DNA of 64,000 nucleotides from Mobula hypostoma. Lineage: Eukaryota. Under the pieces are notes generated by a model. The model was not told the origin of the DNA and ran no database searches. It worked only from the letters and a program-made list of their open reading frames with translations. Position 1 is the stretch's first letter. Every line of letters starts with the position of its first letter. Location: the NCBI RefSeq assembly GCF_963921235.1, contig NC_086097.1, forward strand, positions 20,896,001 to 20,960,000, written 5' to 3'. Positions 1 to 12,888 of this stretch are shown here, piece by piece. The position numbers were made by a program, and so were the translations under genes.

Positions 1-459
1 AATTGAGAATCATCCTAATGACCATCCCTGGCTTGTTTTACCTTCAATGCTTGCCAACAAAGATTGGCTTCATTAAGAAATAAGGAACTTTTATTTGATA
101 TTTCCTGGTCTTAAACTACTTATAATTATTGCTTGCATACATTCATATTGTTTTCATATGCTTGACCTCATTATTTATAAAAATTCACTTGCCCAGTCCT
201 GCGGGTAATCTGTTAACCCTCAGACTGGTAGAGTGCTGAGAGCAAAGACGTTGAGCTGGATTTGAAAGGTAAAGTAAAATATCAGGGATTAATGTAATCA
301 ATTAAATCGAAGCAGCAAATATAATTTAATCATATCGGTTGCTAAATGAAGCATATAGAATTAATGCAATGACATGGAAATATAGATGGAAGAACTCTGT
401 TACAACCAGCACAATAGCAGAATCTTGTGCAGTGTAAAGAAAATAAATACAATATATTG

Positions 460-590
460 ATACAAGAGGTTTTGCAGATGCTGAAAATCCAGAGCAACAC
501 AAAATGCTGGAGGAACTCAGCAGGTCAGGTAGCATCTATGGAGGGGAATATACAGTTAACTTTTCAGTCCGAGACCTTTCATTCGGACTT
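460..590 (-). mobile_element. Penelope-like terminal repeat fragment with degenerate hammerhead
   Basis: tgcagatgctgaaaatccagagcaacacaaaatgctggaggaactcagcagg... shared with about 20 other copies in the window; hammerhead core mutated. Confidence 0.7.
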
Positions 591-662
591 GTATCAGCAA
601 ATTGGGTATACTGATGTTATTTAAGGTTTGGATGGATGTCATGATATATACTGCAATACATT

Positions 663-880
663 AGACCATAAGTCGTAGGAGCAGAATTAGGCTATTCAGC
701 CCATTCAGTCTGCTCCACCATTCCATCACGGCTGATTTATTACCCCTCTCACCCCCATTATCTTGCCTTCCTACCCAAAATGACTACTCAAGATCCTATT
801 AACCCCTGCTTTAAATATACTCAATGACTTGGCTTCCACAGCCATCTGTGGCAATAAATTCCACAGATTCAGCCCACTTT
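663..880 (-). mobile_element. CR1 LINE 3' end
   Basis: agaccataag...ggagcagaattaggc...ttccacagattc is the reverse complement of the CR1 tail (LWNSLP..EAKS) seen elsewhere in the window. Confidence 0.7.
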
Positions 881-1799
881 GGGTACTCAACCCACAGCTC
901 CTCCAGCCATTTATTGATGAGGTACAGCACAGAATAGGTCGCTGGTACTGTAAAGTGTTGTGCTAACCACTATGCTACCATGCCGCCACAAATTTGCTCC
1001 AGGTTCCAGCACAGGTGAGACAGGCAATGTATGACAGAATTAGTTGGTGGTCCAGTAGTTAAGTGACAAGTTCCTTCTGCCTTTTACTTTTCTTCACTTG
1101 ACCCATGTTGTCAGTATAGGAGAGTGGCAACAACGGGATATTGTTGCAAACTGAGGAAACTGGTCATTTGAAGCCAAGGTTCAGTGAAAGTTCTTTCCTC
1201 AGAGTGGCAAATGTATGGAATTCTTCTCCACACACCCCCCCCCCCGCATCTCGCAGATGCAGAAGGGTCTTGGCCCAAAACGTCAACTGTTTAGAAATGA
1301 ATAATGCTGCCTGATCTGCTGATTTCCTCCAGCATTTTGTGCGCGTTGCCCCAGATTATTAGGTTATTTAAGATGGAGATTGATAAATATTTGAAAGGTT
1401 ACAGATTAAGGGCTCTGGGAAACTAGCAGTGAAGTGAGACTAGCACAGATCAGCCATGATTGTATTGAACTTGTAGGTGGCTTGAGGGACCTAGAGGCCC
1501 AACACCTGCTCCAGTTTTCATGTTTGGTCTCAGATTCAGTGGTCATCCAAGATACCACTCCTCTGCAATAGACAAAATGCTGCAGGTACTCATGTCAGGC
1601 AGCACCTATAAAAATGAATAAACAGGCACCAGTTTGGGCTGAGACACTTTAGGACTGCTCCCCTACTACTCTACTTTGAACATTCACAGCCTTTGAATTC
1701 CCAGTATTTGCTGAGGGAGTTAGAGTGGATTTAATCTGGTAACTTTTGCATAAAAACCTAGAATAGCATTCCCTTCAGTGGTCAAGGACAGGAACTATA

Positions 1800-2097
1800 C
1801 TGCAACCTTCCTATACCACCTCCTTCTACTACCCATTGTGCTTTCCCCTTTTCCTTCTTCACCTTTCCTGCCTATCCCCTCCCTGCTTCCCCTCCCCCAC
1901 CCCTTTATCTCTCCCCTTACTGGTTTTTCACCTGGAACCTACCAGCTTTCTCCTTCCCACCCTCCCCCCACCTTCTTTATAGGGCCTCTGCCCCTTCCCT
2001 CTACAGTCCTGACGAAGGGTTCTGGCCTGAAACTTTGACTGATCGTTTCCACGGATGCTGCCCGACCTGCTGAGTTCCTCCAGCGTGTTGTGAGTGT
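1800..2097 (+). mobile_element. Penelope-like 3' fragment (pyrimidine-rich UTR plus terminal repeat with hammerhead motif at 2004-2041)
   Basis: cagtc-CTGACGA-agggttctggcct-GAAAC-ttt-gactg followed by gatgctgcccgacctgctgagttcctccagc. Confidence 0.75.
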
Positions 2098-2235
2098 TAC
2101 CAGTTGAGGGTAATCTGGGCCTTGATGTTTGGCCTGGGAGGGAATGGCAACATTAGTATCCTTGTCCTTACAGAGGAGTGAGAGGATTTTTCAACAATAG
2201 AAGGATTTTGAGTGTCTCTTGAGTTGTGATCTCCG

Positions 2236-2637
2236 TACTTGACGAAGGATATACTGGCTTTGGAGGCAGTGCAGAGGAAGTTAACCTATGAGAGATTGAG
2301 TCGCCTGGGACTATACTCTCTGGAATTCAGAAGAATGAGAAGGGATCTTATAGAAACATGCAAAATTTTGAAAAGGATAGATAAGATCCGTTTATTTTTC
2401 CCCAGAGAGTGGTGAATCTGTGGAATTCTCTGCCCAGGGAAGCAGTTGAGGCTTCTTCATTAAATATATTTACGATACAGTTAGATAGACTTTTACATAG
2501 TAGGGGAATTAAGGGTTATGGGGAAAAGGCAGGTAGATGGAGCTGAGTTTACGGACAGATCAGCCATGATCTTATTGAATGGCGGGGTAGGCTCGATGGG
2601 CCGGATGGCCTACTCCTGCTCCTATTTCTCATGTTAT
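2236..2637 (+). mobile_element. CR1 LINE 3' fragment
   Basis: Degenerate RT C-terminus (EAVQR, RRMRRDLIET, RVVNLWNSLP) and tail cctactcctgctcctatttctcatgtt. Confidence 0.8.
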
Positions 2638-3891
2638 GTCTCAAAGTGGCTGCTGTATGTAACCCAAATTTCTGTGTGCTTCTGAAGGACTGGAAACAAA
2701 TACTTAGTAAAACACAATTCCTGTGCTGACCCACTCAAGGCAATGGTGAATGCTATCAACATCCAAGCCCCCCGATAGCTCCCAAGGTCTAGCGCGTGCT
2801 CCACATTTGAGGGAATTGTCCTCAGCTGTTATCAGTGTATAACAGTAGTAGGTTTGTCTTTGTTTAGCAGATGCAACTAAGACTCATCCAAGTTGGAGGG
2901 CTGAGCTTAGCCTCTAAATGGGTCTAAATGTAAGCACCATCTCTCTAGCATCTCAACTATTGAGGTTGGTTCTGGAGTGGCAGTGATGTAGGTTGAATAT
3001 TTTCCCATTAACCCTGAAGTAAGCTCCACTCCAGCAGAAAGATGCAGAATTATGATAAAAACTGGAAAATGAATCTCATACTAGATCGAGATGAAATTCT
3101 AGAATAAATACATCTTGAATCAGAATGATCCACCAGCCCATTCTGCCTGAGGCACAAAACTAAATCGCCTTGCACACCACAATATTGATACTTCTCGACC
3201 TGAAAGATCAGTAACCCTTTAGGAAATACAAAAATGCAGATTTAGGGAACAATGGCACAAACAAAACCTGGAAATTTCCTTTGACCCTTTTGAGTGATCA
3301 AAGCTCATCCTGGAAACCAAGTGAAATCCAAGATTATGTGGTACCTACATCTTCTAAGTGTTTTTCATAAAAGCTAGGTGCAGCCACTTGCTTGTCCTGG
3401 CCTTGCAGAAGAGGAGATTGTGACCCCCTGATGCAACCTATTAAGTTGAAACAAACTGTCTAAACAATTTATTTCCTTCATCTTATAAACTTCAATCACA
3501 CAAGCCTACGCTTTTGAAATGTAGAATCCCAGCTCTGAGCTTATCTTGATGACTAAGATGCTTTAAACTGGGTATTAATCATGCAACTCTCTGCACCCCT
3601 GACAAATCCTCAACATATCACCCATGTAATGATGACCGCCTCTGCAGTTGTGATGCTATCAATTTAATTTCAGATTAAGGAACAAAGTGAAGCCAGTACT
3701 GTCAGGCAAAATCAGGATTCAAGATTAACGTTTATTTATCACGTGTACATCGAAACGTAGTGAAATGTGTTGGTTTGTGTTAACAACCAGGAAAGTGGAG
3801 AGAGAACACAGCCGGTACAAAGAGGCAAAGGAGAGGAAAGACAGGGACGGGTAAGGATAGTGGATGAAGGACGATGAGCTGAAGGAGCCAG

Positions 3892-3935
3892 TGGGAGAAA
3901 GGTAGTGCTGGGAGAAAGGTAGTGCTGGGAAAAAG
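3892..3935. repeat. 17-bp tandem repeat (about 2.5 copies)
   Basis: tgggagaaaggtagtgc x2 plus partial third copy. Confidence 0.85.
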
Positions 3936-4059
3936 AGGCAGCTGAGTAACAATTTGAAATAGACAAGTGGCTAGATAGCATTAGGTTTGGGATGGGCTGT
4001 GAGGGGTAAGACGACTGGCAGCTTATGCTTTAGGTAAGGGAACACAAATTCATATGAAA

Positions 4060-4680
4060 ATAGCACCATAGATTCTGCCTAGGCAGTCTACAGCCCATAT
4101 GGAATGAACACTCAATGTTCCTTTTTTTTCAGGAAACACTATTTTCCTCTCCTAATCCACCTCCACTCTTCCCATTTTTTGCTCCCTTTCCCATCATCCA
4201 CTTACAAATCACTTTCCCCTACCGAATCTATCCACCTATTAACTCACTTCAACTAGATCTCACTCCCCCACATGGTTCGAACTTCTATCACGTTTCTCCC
4301 TTACCAGATTCCAGCAATGAGAGCCTTTCTGTCCCAACTCATCACTCTCTAGCCCGTCTACTTTCACCTCCTCAGCCAGCTCCGTTGGCCGTTATGTATC
4401 CTTGACCGTTTCCGCCCATCACCCACCTGCCTACTGCCCAGTTCCCATCTCCTTCTGTTCATGATCCCTCACAAACCAGCACCCCCCCACCTCCTGGTCC
4501 ACTCATCACCTACAGACCTCCTCCCCCTCTTTATACTGGCCATCTTTCCTCCACTTTCAGTCCTAATACAGATCTCAACCGAAACAATTCTTCCTCATCA
4601 TCTGTGAGGGAGCTGCTTGACCTACTGAGATCCTCCAGCAGTTTACTTCTTTTGCTCTAGGTTCCATATCTGCAGTGTTA
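4060..4680 (+). mobile_element. Old Penelope-like 3' fragment
   Basis: Remnant of GIY-YIG end (ggcagtctacagccc...ggaatgaac), C/T-rich UTR, degenerate terminal repeat. Confidence 0.55.
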
Positions 4681-5084
4681 AACATTTAAAAACAATTTTG
4701 TACGTACTCTACATTGTGACTAAGAGCTGACGACTGTGATGCTTTCAGCAAGTTGTTGCATTTTATATAATTTTGAATAAATTAAATAACTTTGAATAAA
4801 TGAATAAAAAAATCAAGTTTAAAGCTATCTTTACCAGTAGATTTTCACCTTCCATTTAGTCACTGCATTTTAATCAGATAATTCTTTATTCTCTTTACAC
4901 TCACTGATGCACTTCTGGAGTCACACAGGCGCTTCCCCCCCACACACCATGGAACACAAAATTCTAAGCTGAATTCACAATGCAGCACCCAGTTAGTGCT
5001 GAACTCTGGTGGGATTAACATGAGATGTTATACTGCAGTGGAGAGAAAGATCACACAATAATATTTCAAAGGCTATTGGAGAGA

Positions 5085-5215
5085 ACCCTTGTGCCCATGT
5101 CAACACTTACAGGTTAGCACCAAAGACTGTCGCTGTGCAGAAATTAGTGGTTGCATTCCCTGTGTCACAACTGTGATTACACTTCAAAAGTATTTCATTA
5201 GCTGTAAAGGATTTC
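5085..5215 (+). mobile_element. Ancient DeuSINE/L2-tail-like remnant
   Basis: gctgtgcagaaattagtggttgcattccctgtgtcacaactgtgattacacttcaaaagtatttcattagctgtaaag resembles the AmnSINE1/SacSINE1 3' tail as recalled. Confidence 0.45.
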
Positions 5216-6154
5216 AAAATGCCATAGACGTACACCTTCAGAATCCTCTGAAAAGGGAAAAACCAAAGATCCCACTGAAATTTTAGTTCTTACAAACATC
5301 TGACAGAAATGATAATAAAAAGAAAGCTCTGGAATCAAACAAGCATCCGTGGGAAGAGAATCTCAGATGACAAGTCCGATTGAACACCATTTCACAATTC
5401 TAGCATCTGCAGGTCCTTATTCATGCATGTGACATGTGAAATAAGAGCTTCACATCATTAGCAAAATTTATTTGAAGGCTACAAGTATGAACTGTGTGAA
5501 TGGACTGCAAACAAATCAGCCATTAAATTCAAGAGAAAACCCATTAGTCATGAATAACAGCTACAGATATGAACTGCAGTGGAGTAACACAAGCTCAAGC
5601 CAACCTGTTACAGATGACCATAAAATCTGAACGTCTATAGCCCAGTAAGCACGTCACTGAGGTTTGACATCATCCACATAAAAGCCTCCTGGTGATGAGA
5701 AAATATGGCTCCGAATATCATACTTGACAGAGATTTTTGTAGCTTGACTGGTGTACAGAAGTTTAATTACAATGCATTGTAAATTGGGGGTCCAATGGTA
5801 TCAAAGAAAACTCCTCTGCCCACCCACATGAAAAGTTTCAGCCACATTAAAGTTATGGCATGAGAAGGGGATTGGGCCCCAAAGTGGAAATATCCCACTT
5901 CAGGTTCAGAGAGAAACTCAGACTCTGATTAAAGTACAAACTTCAAAACATTCATAAAAGCGTGATTCAACATCTGTTTGTGGATGGGAAGTATAGGCTG
6001 GAACATTTATTTTTAGTCACTTAGTAAAGAGCTTGGGTAGAACTAAATTTGTACCTTTACAGATCTGCTAATGTTGCCTTCAACATTAGGCAAGTCTGCT
6101 TTGCACCTTAACATAGACCTCTTGCTTTCGTCTCCATATTGTGGAGGGCAAGTC

Positions 6155-6990
6155 ACGTCTCACAAACTTGACCAAGTTATTCTGAGGAAGTGACAAAAGA
6201 GCTTGACGGGGGTAAGGCAGTGGACACTGTCTATAGGGATTTTAGTACTAGAGAAGGTCTCTCAAGGTGGGTTGATTCAGAAGATAAAGATGCTTGGGAT
6301 CCAGAGCAAACTGCAAGTTTGGATTCCCAAGGGGCTTTCTCAGAGAGGACAAGGGGTGGAAGGCTGTTATTCTTGCTGGAGGTCTGACCAATAGTGTTTC
6401 ACAAAGATTGATATGGAGACCTCTTACCTCTTGTTTGTGATAGATAGATAGATAGATATCAATTATTTGGATGTAGATGGGTGGATTAACAAGTTTGCAG
6501 AATACACTAAGATTGGGAGTTGTAGACAGTCTAAAGGACAATCAAAGAATATTGCAGCATATAGCTCAGCTACAGACATGAAATGGCAGTTGGAGTTTAA
6601 TTCAGGAAAGTGTGAGGTGTTGCTTATTGGGAAGTCAAATGAAAGAAGAAAGTATCGTTAGATGTACAGAGGAATTTTGAGGTCCAGATCCATAGCTCAC
6701 TGAAACTGGCTATGCAAGTGGATAGGGTGATAAAGACAATATGTGGAATGCTTGCCTTCATTAGTGGGGCTGTTGAGTACAAGAGTAAGGAAATCATGCT
6801 GCAGGTATATAAAACCTTAGACCTCACTTAGGAGTATTGCGTGCAGTTCTGACCACCACTCCATTAGAGTTTTACCATGATGCTGACTGGATTAGAGGGT
6901 ATGAGCTACAAGGTTGGTCAAACTTTGATTTTTCTCCCTAATTTTGCAGGTGAAGTCTAGACCCGATAGAGGTTTTTACCCATGTCAAAC
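6155..6990 (+). mobile_element. CR1 LINE RT fragment (frameshifted), with (GATA)n at about 6438-6458
   Basis: ORF pieces TKELDGGKAVDTVYRDFS, WINKFAEYTKIG, WQLEFNSGKCEVL are RT domain remnants. Confidence 0.85.
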
Positions 6991-8430
6991 TCCAGAGTAC
7001 ATGTTTTTAAAGGGGGGGGGGGAGAAAGAGGTAGCACGAGGGGGGCAAAACCATAGACCATAAGACTTAGGAGCAGAATTAGGCCATTTGCCCATTAAGT
7101 CTGCGCCGCCATTCAATCATGGTCAATCATTTTTTTTTCTTCATCCAAGCTTTTTTTTAAAAATTAAAAAGTGGTAGGTGTCTGGAATAGATTACGAGAG
7201 GTATTACAGGAGTCAGGCAGTTTGGTGGAGGCTTTTAGATAGAGGAACTTAAAAGAATTGAGGGAGTTTGAATGATATACAAGAGATCATTTAGCATATA
7301 TTGGCACAACACTGTGGGTGAATGACATGACCAGTGCTGCACTGTTCTAACATCTGAGTGTCAGAGGGGGACTTGGCCAATCTGATGGTGAGGAGGAACG
7401 AGCTAATACATTTATTTTTATGAACTAATGCAGTTATACATTGTCACTTTTCACTGGATAAGTAAGTAAAATACATTGATTTCAGCTTCAGAAGTTGATT
7501 GCTGCCATACATGTGATACAACTGCAGCCCCAAAACCTACTCTTGGAATGGCAGGTAAAGGCCTTTATCTTGCTGCTACCCTTTTTGAAAGGCTTGTGTT
7601 GAAATCAAACAGCCCAAGAGCAATGCCTCACATCTTAACTGTTTAGTGTCAGAGTCAGTTCACAGACCTCTTCATGTGAAGTTGGTCTTAAATTCAACAG
7701 TACTGGAGAAGCCCTGGAACAAAGCAAAGTCCTTTATTTTATCTCAAGTAAGGTGGGCAGTGCTCAGTATAAAGCATTGGGTGGAACATTTCCTTGCTCT
7801 TCAATTGGTTTCTTTGCCTTCACACACAACCCATGAGATACTGTCAACTCTTAGTGAAATATAAAACAGACCTGTTGCTTAATTCCATGTTCCAAAACAT
7901 TGATGACAAATTGTGCACTACATCATACTGAACAGCAGGAACTACATCTCAGAAAACAGCAATTCATTATTGTATATATAAAATTGGGATTGAAGGCATG
8001 ATGCTATAAATGATATCCCTCCAGTTAAACAATCCTTTCAACGCCGAAGTTGTAGAATAATTAGCTCTATACTGCAGTGCCACACTTGGTCACCGAGCCA
8101 AGTTTTTTTGTCTAGAATGTGCAAATGAGTTCAGACCTAGGCTACTCCTCCAGGGAATAGTTTTCTTTTGTGGGTAACAAGCTGTAACACAACCTTGATT
8201 TTTAGGCATTTGGTGGAGGAGGGGAATAGAGGAAGATTGCATCCCAGAATGTTCATAGGTACATATAACCATAACAATTACAGCACGGAAACAGGCCATC
8301 TCAGCCCTTCTAGTCCATGCTGAACGCTTACTCTCACCTAGTCCCACTGACCTGCACTCAGCCCATAACCCTCCATTCCTTTCCTGTCCATATACCTATC
8401 AGATAATTTATTAAAAAGTACAAGAGAAAG

Positions 8431-8655
8431 ATGAGCCAGCTGGTAGCGTAGCGGCATCAGCGCCAGACTTCGGAGCGAAGTCTCCCGAGTTCGAACCCAG
8501 CCGGCTCCCGTGCACGCTCTCCATCCATGCCTGGTTGAGCATCGAGCTAGCAACTCGACCTCGTAAAAAACAAATTACCTGCTACAGAAACATCAACAGC
8601 AAAAAGCTGATGGCCTATGCTCTCTCATGAGTTTAAAAGGCAATTTCCTTTTTTC
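8431..8655 (+). mobile_element. tRNA-derived SINE with RTE-like internal motif, 10-bp TSD
   Basis: A-box-like tggtagcgtagcgg, B-box gagttcgaacc; TSD caagagaaag at 8421-8430 and 8656-8665. Confidence 0.8.
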
Positions 8656-8779
8656 CAAGAGAAAGGTAGTTGATCCTAGCTTTATATGGGGCTTTATTTT
8701 ATGAGACTCTCAGCTTCTTAATTTTCTGGAATCACTATTTTTAATACGTAAAGTGCATTTCCTTAGCCTGTTATGGAAA

Positions 8780-9145
8780 CCCCTCCCCCATCATCCAGGC
8801 CATGCTCTCTTCTTGCTTCTGCAATTAGGAAGGAGGTACATGAACCCAAGGTCCTACGCTACCAAGGTCAATAACAGTTATTACAATTCAACCATCAGGT
8901 TCGCGAAGCATTGAGTCCACAACTCACTTTCAAGGACTCTACAATTCATGTTCTCAATACTATTTACATTTTTTTTACATATGTTTTTGTATTTGCACTG
9001 TTCTATTTTGCATATTGGTTGTTTGTGTGCAGTTTCCCATTGATTTTATCGTATTTCTTTGTTCTATGAATGCCCACAAGAAAATGAATCTCAAAGCAGC
9101 ATATGGTGACGTATACAGTTTGATAATAAATTTACTTTCAACTTG
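8780..9145 (+). mobile_element. Rex1/Babar-type LINE 3' fragment
   Basis: ccatcatccaggccatgctctcttc...ggaaggaggtac (HPGHALF..GRRY) and tail gataataaatttactttcaacttg. Confidence 0.65.
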
Positions 9146-9696
9146 TGAAAATGTTGGAATTTCCCAACAAAATTCAAATTCAAATTGACTTTTAAAACAT
9201 CAATTTTCTTAAGTGATGTTTTGGAGTTGGGTGTGTTGATGGGTAGATGGTGAAAGAAAACAGGAGGGAAAAAAGTACTCAATTCTTTGCCAAAAACTTG
9301 TGGTCTATATAAAACTATTGAGAGAACATGAATGCATATACAGTAAAGAAGTCTTTGTTAAACACAAGGGTATACAAGTTGAAGCAATTTAGAGCCTGGG
9401 ACCATTAATCATGTTTGTAATTCAGAGTTTCAGCCAAGTGATTTGATAGCTTTTATGTTACTATGCAATTGTATTGCCCAAGATCTTACACCTTATGATT
9501 CTGGCGCCAGAGCTTGTATAGGGTAGTATCATTTTCAACTTCTCACACACTGTTTGCAGGTAAAGTTACAGCTCCTGAGAACAGTTGACAGGTTTTGAGA
9601 GGTCAGTTCTTGTTTACTTTTTCTCCCTAGAAATGAGCACATACACCCTAACTATCGTGTTCTGCCACATGCTACCCAAAGGCATCTGTAAATAAG

Positions 9697-9888
9697 GGTA
9701 AACACGAGGAATTCTGCAGATGCTGGAAATTCAAGCAACACACATCAAAGTTGCTGGTGAATGCAGCAGGCCGGGCAACATCTCTAGGAAGAGGTACAGT
9801 CGACGTTTCAGGCCGAGACCTCGACTGTACCTCTTCCTAGAGATGTTGCCTGGCCTGCTGCATTCACTAGCAACTTTGATGTGTGTTG
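9697..9888 (-). mobile_element. Fold-back Penelope-like insertion, 68-bp inverted arms, 10-bp TSD
   Basis: Arms 9736-9803 and 9821-9888 (2 mismatches); TSD tgtaaataag at 9687-9696 and 9889-9898. Confidence 0.88.
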
Positions 9889-10019
9889 TGTAAATAAGTG
9901 AGCAATACACAAAAAAAAGTCTAGGTTGTGTCGTAAGCAGCAATACAGGGGAACCTCACCTGCGAACACAGATCAACATTCATGAAATTAAAGGATGTAA
10001 TCAACCTTAAAAGTATATT

Positions 10020-10520
10020 ATCATTTCCATTCCAACATGTTGGTCCATGGCCTTCTCTTGTGCCAAGATGGGGCCACCCTTGGGGCAGAGGAGCAACACC
10101 TTATATTTTGTCTGGGTAGCCTCCAACCTGATAGCATGAATATCAATTTCCTCTTCTGGTAAAAAGATATCCACCACCTCTTCCCTCTTCCTCAATTCCC
10201 CACTCTGGCCGTTTACCTCTTCTCACCTATCACTCCCCCCGGGTCCCCTCCTCCTTCCCTTTCTCCTATCCTATGGTCCAATCTCCTCTATCTTCTCCTA
10301 TCCTATGGTCCACTCTCCTCTATCTTCTCCAGCCCTTTACTTTTTCCACCCAGCTGGCTTCACCCATCATCTTCTAGCCTACTTCCTTCCTCTCCCTTGA
10401 TATTTTTATTCTGGCATCCTTTCCAGTCCCGAAGAAGGGGCACGGTCTGAAATGTTGACTGTTTATTCGTTCTGTAGATGTTGCCTGACCTGCTGAGCTC
10501 CTCCAGCATTTTGTGTGCTC
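10020..10520 (+). mobile_element. Penelope-like 3' fragment: GIY-YIG C-terminus, UTR with 32-bp tandem duplication (10261-10324), terminal repeat
   Basis: 10052 onward reads LLLCQDGATLGAEEQHLIFCLGSLQPDSMNINF; degenerate hammerhead at about 10424-10461. Confidence 0.8.
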
Positions 10521-10584
10521 CTAATATTCTGGAGATGATCTTTTGTTTTTCTGCTAAAAGTTAGTATTTTAAATGTAATTTCAA

Positions 10585-10812
10585 CATGGTTAGAATAGCA
10601 CTATTAAAGCAACAGCGATCTGGGTTCAGTTCCTGCTGCTGTCTGTAAAGAGCTTGTACATTTCTCCTCATGACTGCATGGGTTTTCTCCGGGTGCTCTG
10701 GTTTCCTCCTACATTCCAAAGATGAACAGGGTCAGTAGGTTAATTGGACACATGGATGTAATTGAGCAGTGTGGGCTCATTGGGCTGGAGGGGCTTTTTT
10801 CTGTGCTGTGTC
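10585..10812 (+). mobile_element. V-SINE (HE1-like)
   Basis: tRNA-like head plus V-domain tgggttttctccgggtgctctggtttcctcctacattccaaaga. Confidence 0.75.
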
Positions 10813-12023
10813 TCTAGAAACTGATGCAAGTCACATTGGGATAGAGTTACAAATTCTACCATTTGGAGAAACAAATCAAGGATCAAGAATCAACTTTATG
10901 CACCATGTACATTTACATGCATTAGGAATTTGCTGCGGTGCGTTGGTTGGGGTGGCTTGCAACAAAAAGCATTCAACAATTACAAAGAAGAATTATACAA
11001 AAAATAAACATAGAAGTTAAAGTATAGATATGAAACAAAGTGTGCATAAATACAGAAATACCAGCTTGTATTTACAGCATTAAAAAAGTGATTTAAAGTG
11101 TTATCAGAGCAGTGATCTGGGTAAAGGGGGGGGGGGGCTAGCTAGAATAGTTGATCAGACTAATTGCCAGGGGAAGAAACATTTAAGATGTGAATTTTTT
11201 TGTTTTAATAGCCCGATAGCACTTTCCAGAAGGGAGCATTTTACAAGGTGGTAGCGTCCATAATGAATTTTCCTGCCCGCTTCTTTGTCCTGGACACATA
11301 CAAACCCTGCAGTCTTGGTGGACAGCAGCAAATGTTAAAATGTGAAAAGCAAGCATTCCCAAGTGATCAAACTTCAGCCCAAGTTAAATATTTGAACAAA
11401 CAAGTTATTTTACACACTGCAGATATATGTGTACTACTTTGCAGTTCAGAATCAGGTCTAATATCACTGGCATATGTTGTGAAATGTGTTTTGGCTCAGT
11501 TGAAAACTTTCTCACCCAAGTGTTTTGGGATACCCACCTGAGGAAATAATTCTTCTATGAGGACAAATTTCTCTGGGGTTCTGGGGGCATATATTCAAGG
11601 CTCACATTACAGCACACCTCTGATAAAATGCCTTATGGTTAGAAGTTCAGTGGGTTGAGACATACAAAACTTTTGCCAACTGAAACACAAAAATCCTGTT
11701 ACATCAAATCACCGGGAACTCCTGTGGCTAATATTCCTCCCTCCACAAATCTCAGAACCATCTATGAATTAATCCACCTGCTTTCTGGGAAACCTTATTG
11801 TGCACTAACTTATTGCTTTAAACCATGCCTGTACCTGAAAATGATCAATTGGTTCTGAAAATCTTTGCTATCCTAAGGTTACAAGGTGGCCATAATTAAC
11901 TCAAATTATTTTTATCCCGATCTTGAGAATCAAATTCTCAAAACATTAACATTAAGATTAGAAGATTAAACATTTCTGCTCTGTGCAGATTAACTTCTAG
12001 CACCATCATTGGGCACTGTCTAT

Positions 12024-12888
12024 TGTGACGAGAATACACATAAAATTAAGATGTTTGCTGGCCTGGGTTAGCATCAGTGACATCAGCAAGTGGTCTGCCA
12101 CCTGCCCTCAGGGGAAGGAGAGATAAGGAACAATGGAGCAGCGTCTGGAGATGTGTAATGAAGGGACGTGGGAGAGAGAGCTGTCTGGAGCGGCTCCCCC
12201 CTTTGATCCTTGAACTGTTTGAAGTGATGGACAGGCGATACCCCAGCAGGGGGATAAAAAGGGACCGGTTCGCTAAGGCAGGACACACACGACACCCGAG
12301 GTAACGAGACCCTGGAAGTGGTACGCCTCTCACGAGTCGGTGAGAAGTATCAGACAACGGCCAGGGTGGAAAGGTACGATCAGCGGGAACCCGGTGTGTG
12401 TCCGCCCTTGCCTGGGTGCCGGGTTCACTGCAGAGGATCGACCGCATTTGGAGGAGGGGTCACAGTCGGTGACCTCAGGTGACATCACCAAGGACCCGCC
12501 CAAAAGCTACTTGTGAGCCATCTCGCCGGTCTGTGAGTGAAGCCGTGTCTGAATGATCAGTTGTTCCTGTTCTCTCTCTCTCTCTCCCCCCACGTTGTCC
12601 ATCGCCATGGCAACAATTACTGCGAACTGAACTACTAAACTGGACTGAACTTTGAGTCACTTTGAAATTTGGGCATTTACCCCTAGACAACGATAGAGCT
12701 TGATTGATGCTGTTATCTTAATTCTGTGCACATGTATGGTTATCATTGCTGAACTGTTGTATTTATTATCCTTTCGATTACTGTGTTGCTTGTTTCTTTA
12801 ATAAAACTTTCTTAGTTCTAGTAATCCAGACTCCAACTGAGTGATCCATTTCTGCTGGTTTGGCAACCCAGTTACGGGGTACGTAACA
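12024..12888 (+). mobile_element. Solo LTR (865 bp), probably Gypsy-type
   Basis: Begins TGTGACG, ends CGTAACA (6/7 inverted termini); 4-bp TSD ctat at 12020-12023 and 12889-12892; TATA-like gataaaaa at about 12253; AATAAA at 12800-12805; CpG-rich. Confidence 0.88.

Noticed and set aside
9736..9888. microRNA precursor
   Set aside because: The hairpin is fully explained by a TSD-flanked inverted repeat of a dispersed retroelement; no known miRNA recognised
12046..12690. Overlapping ORFs up to 133 aa
   Set aside because: They lie inside the GC-rich solo LTR and show no protein motifs
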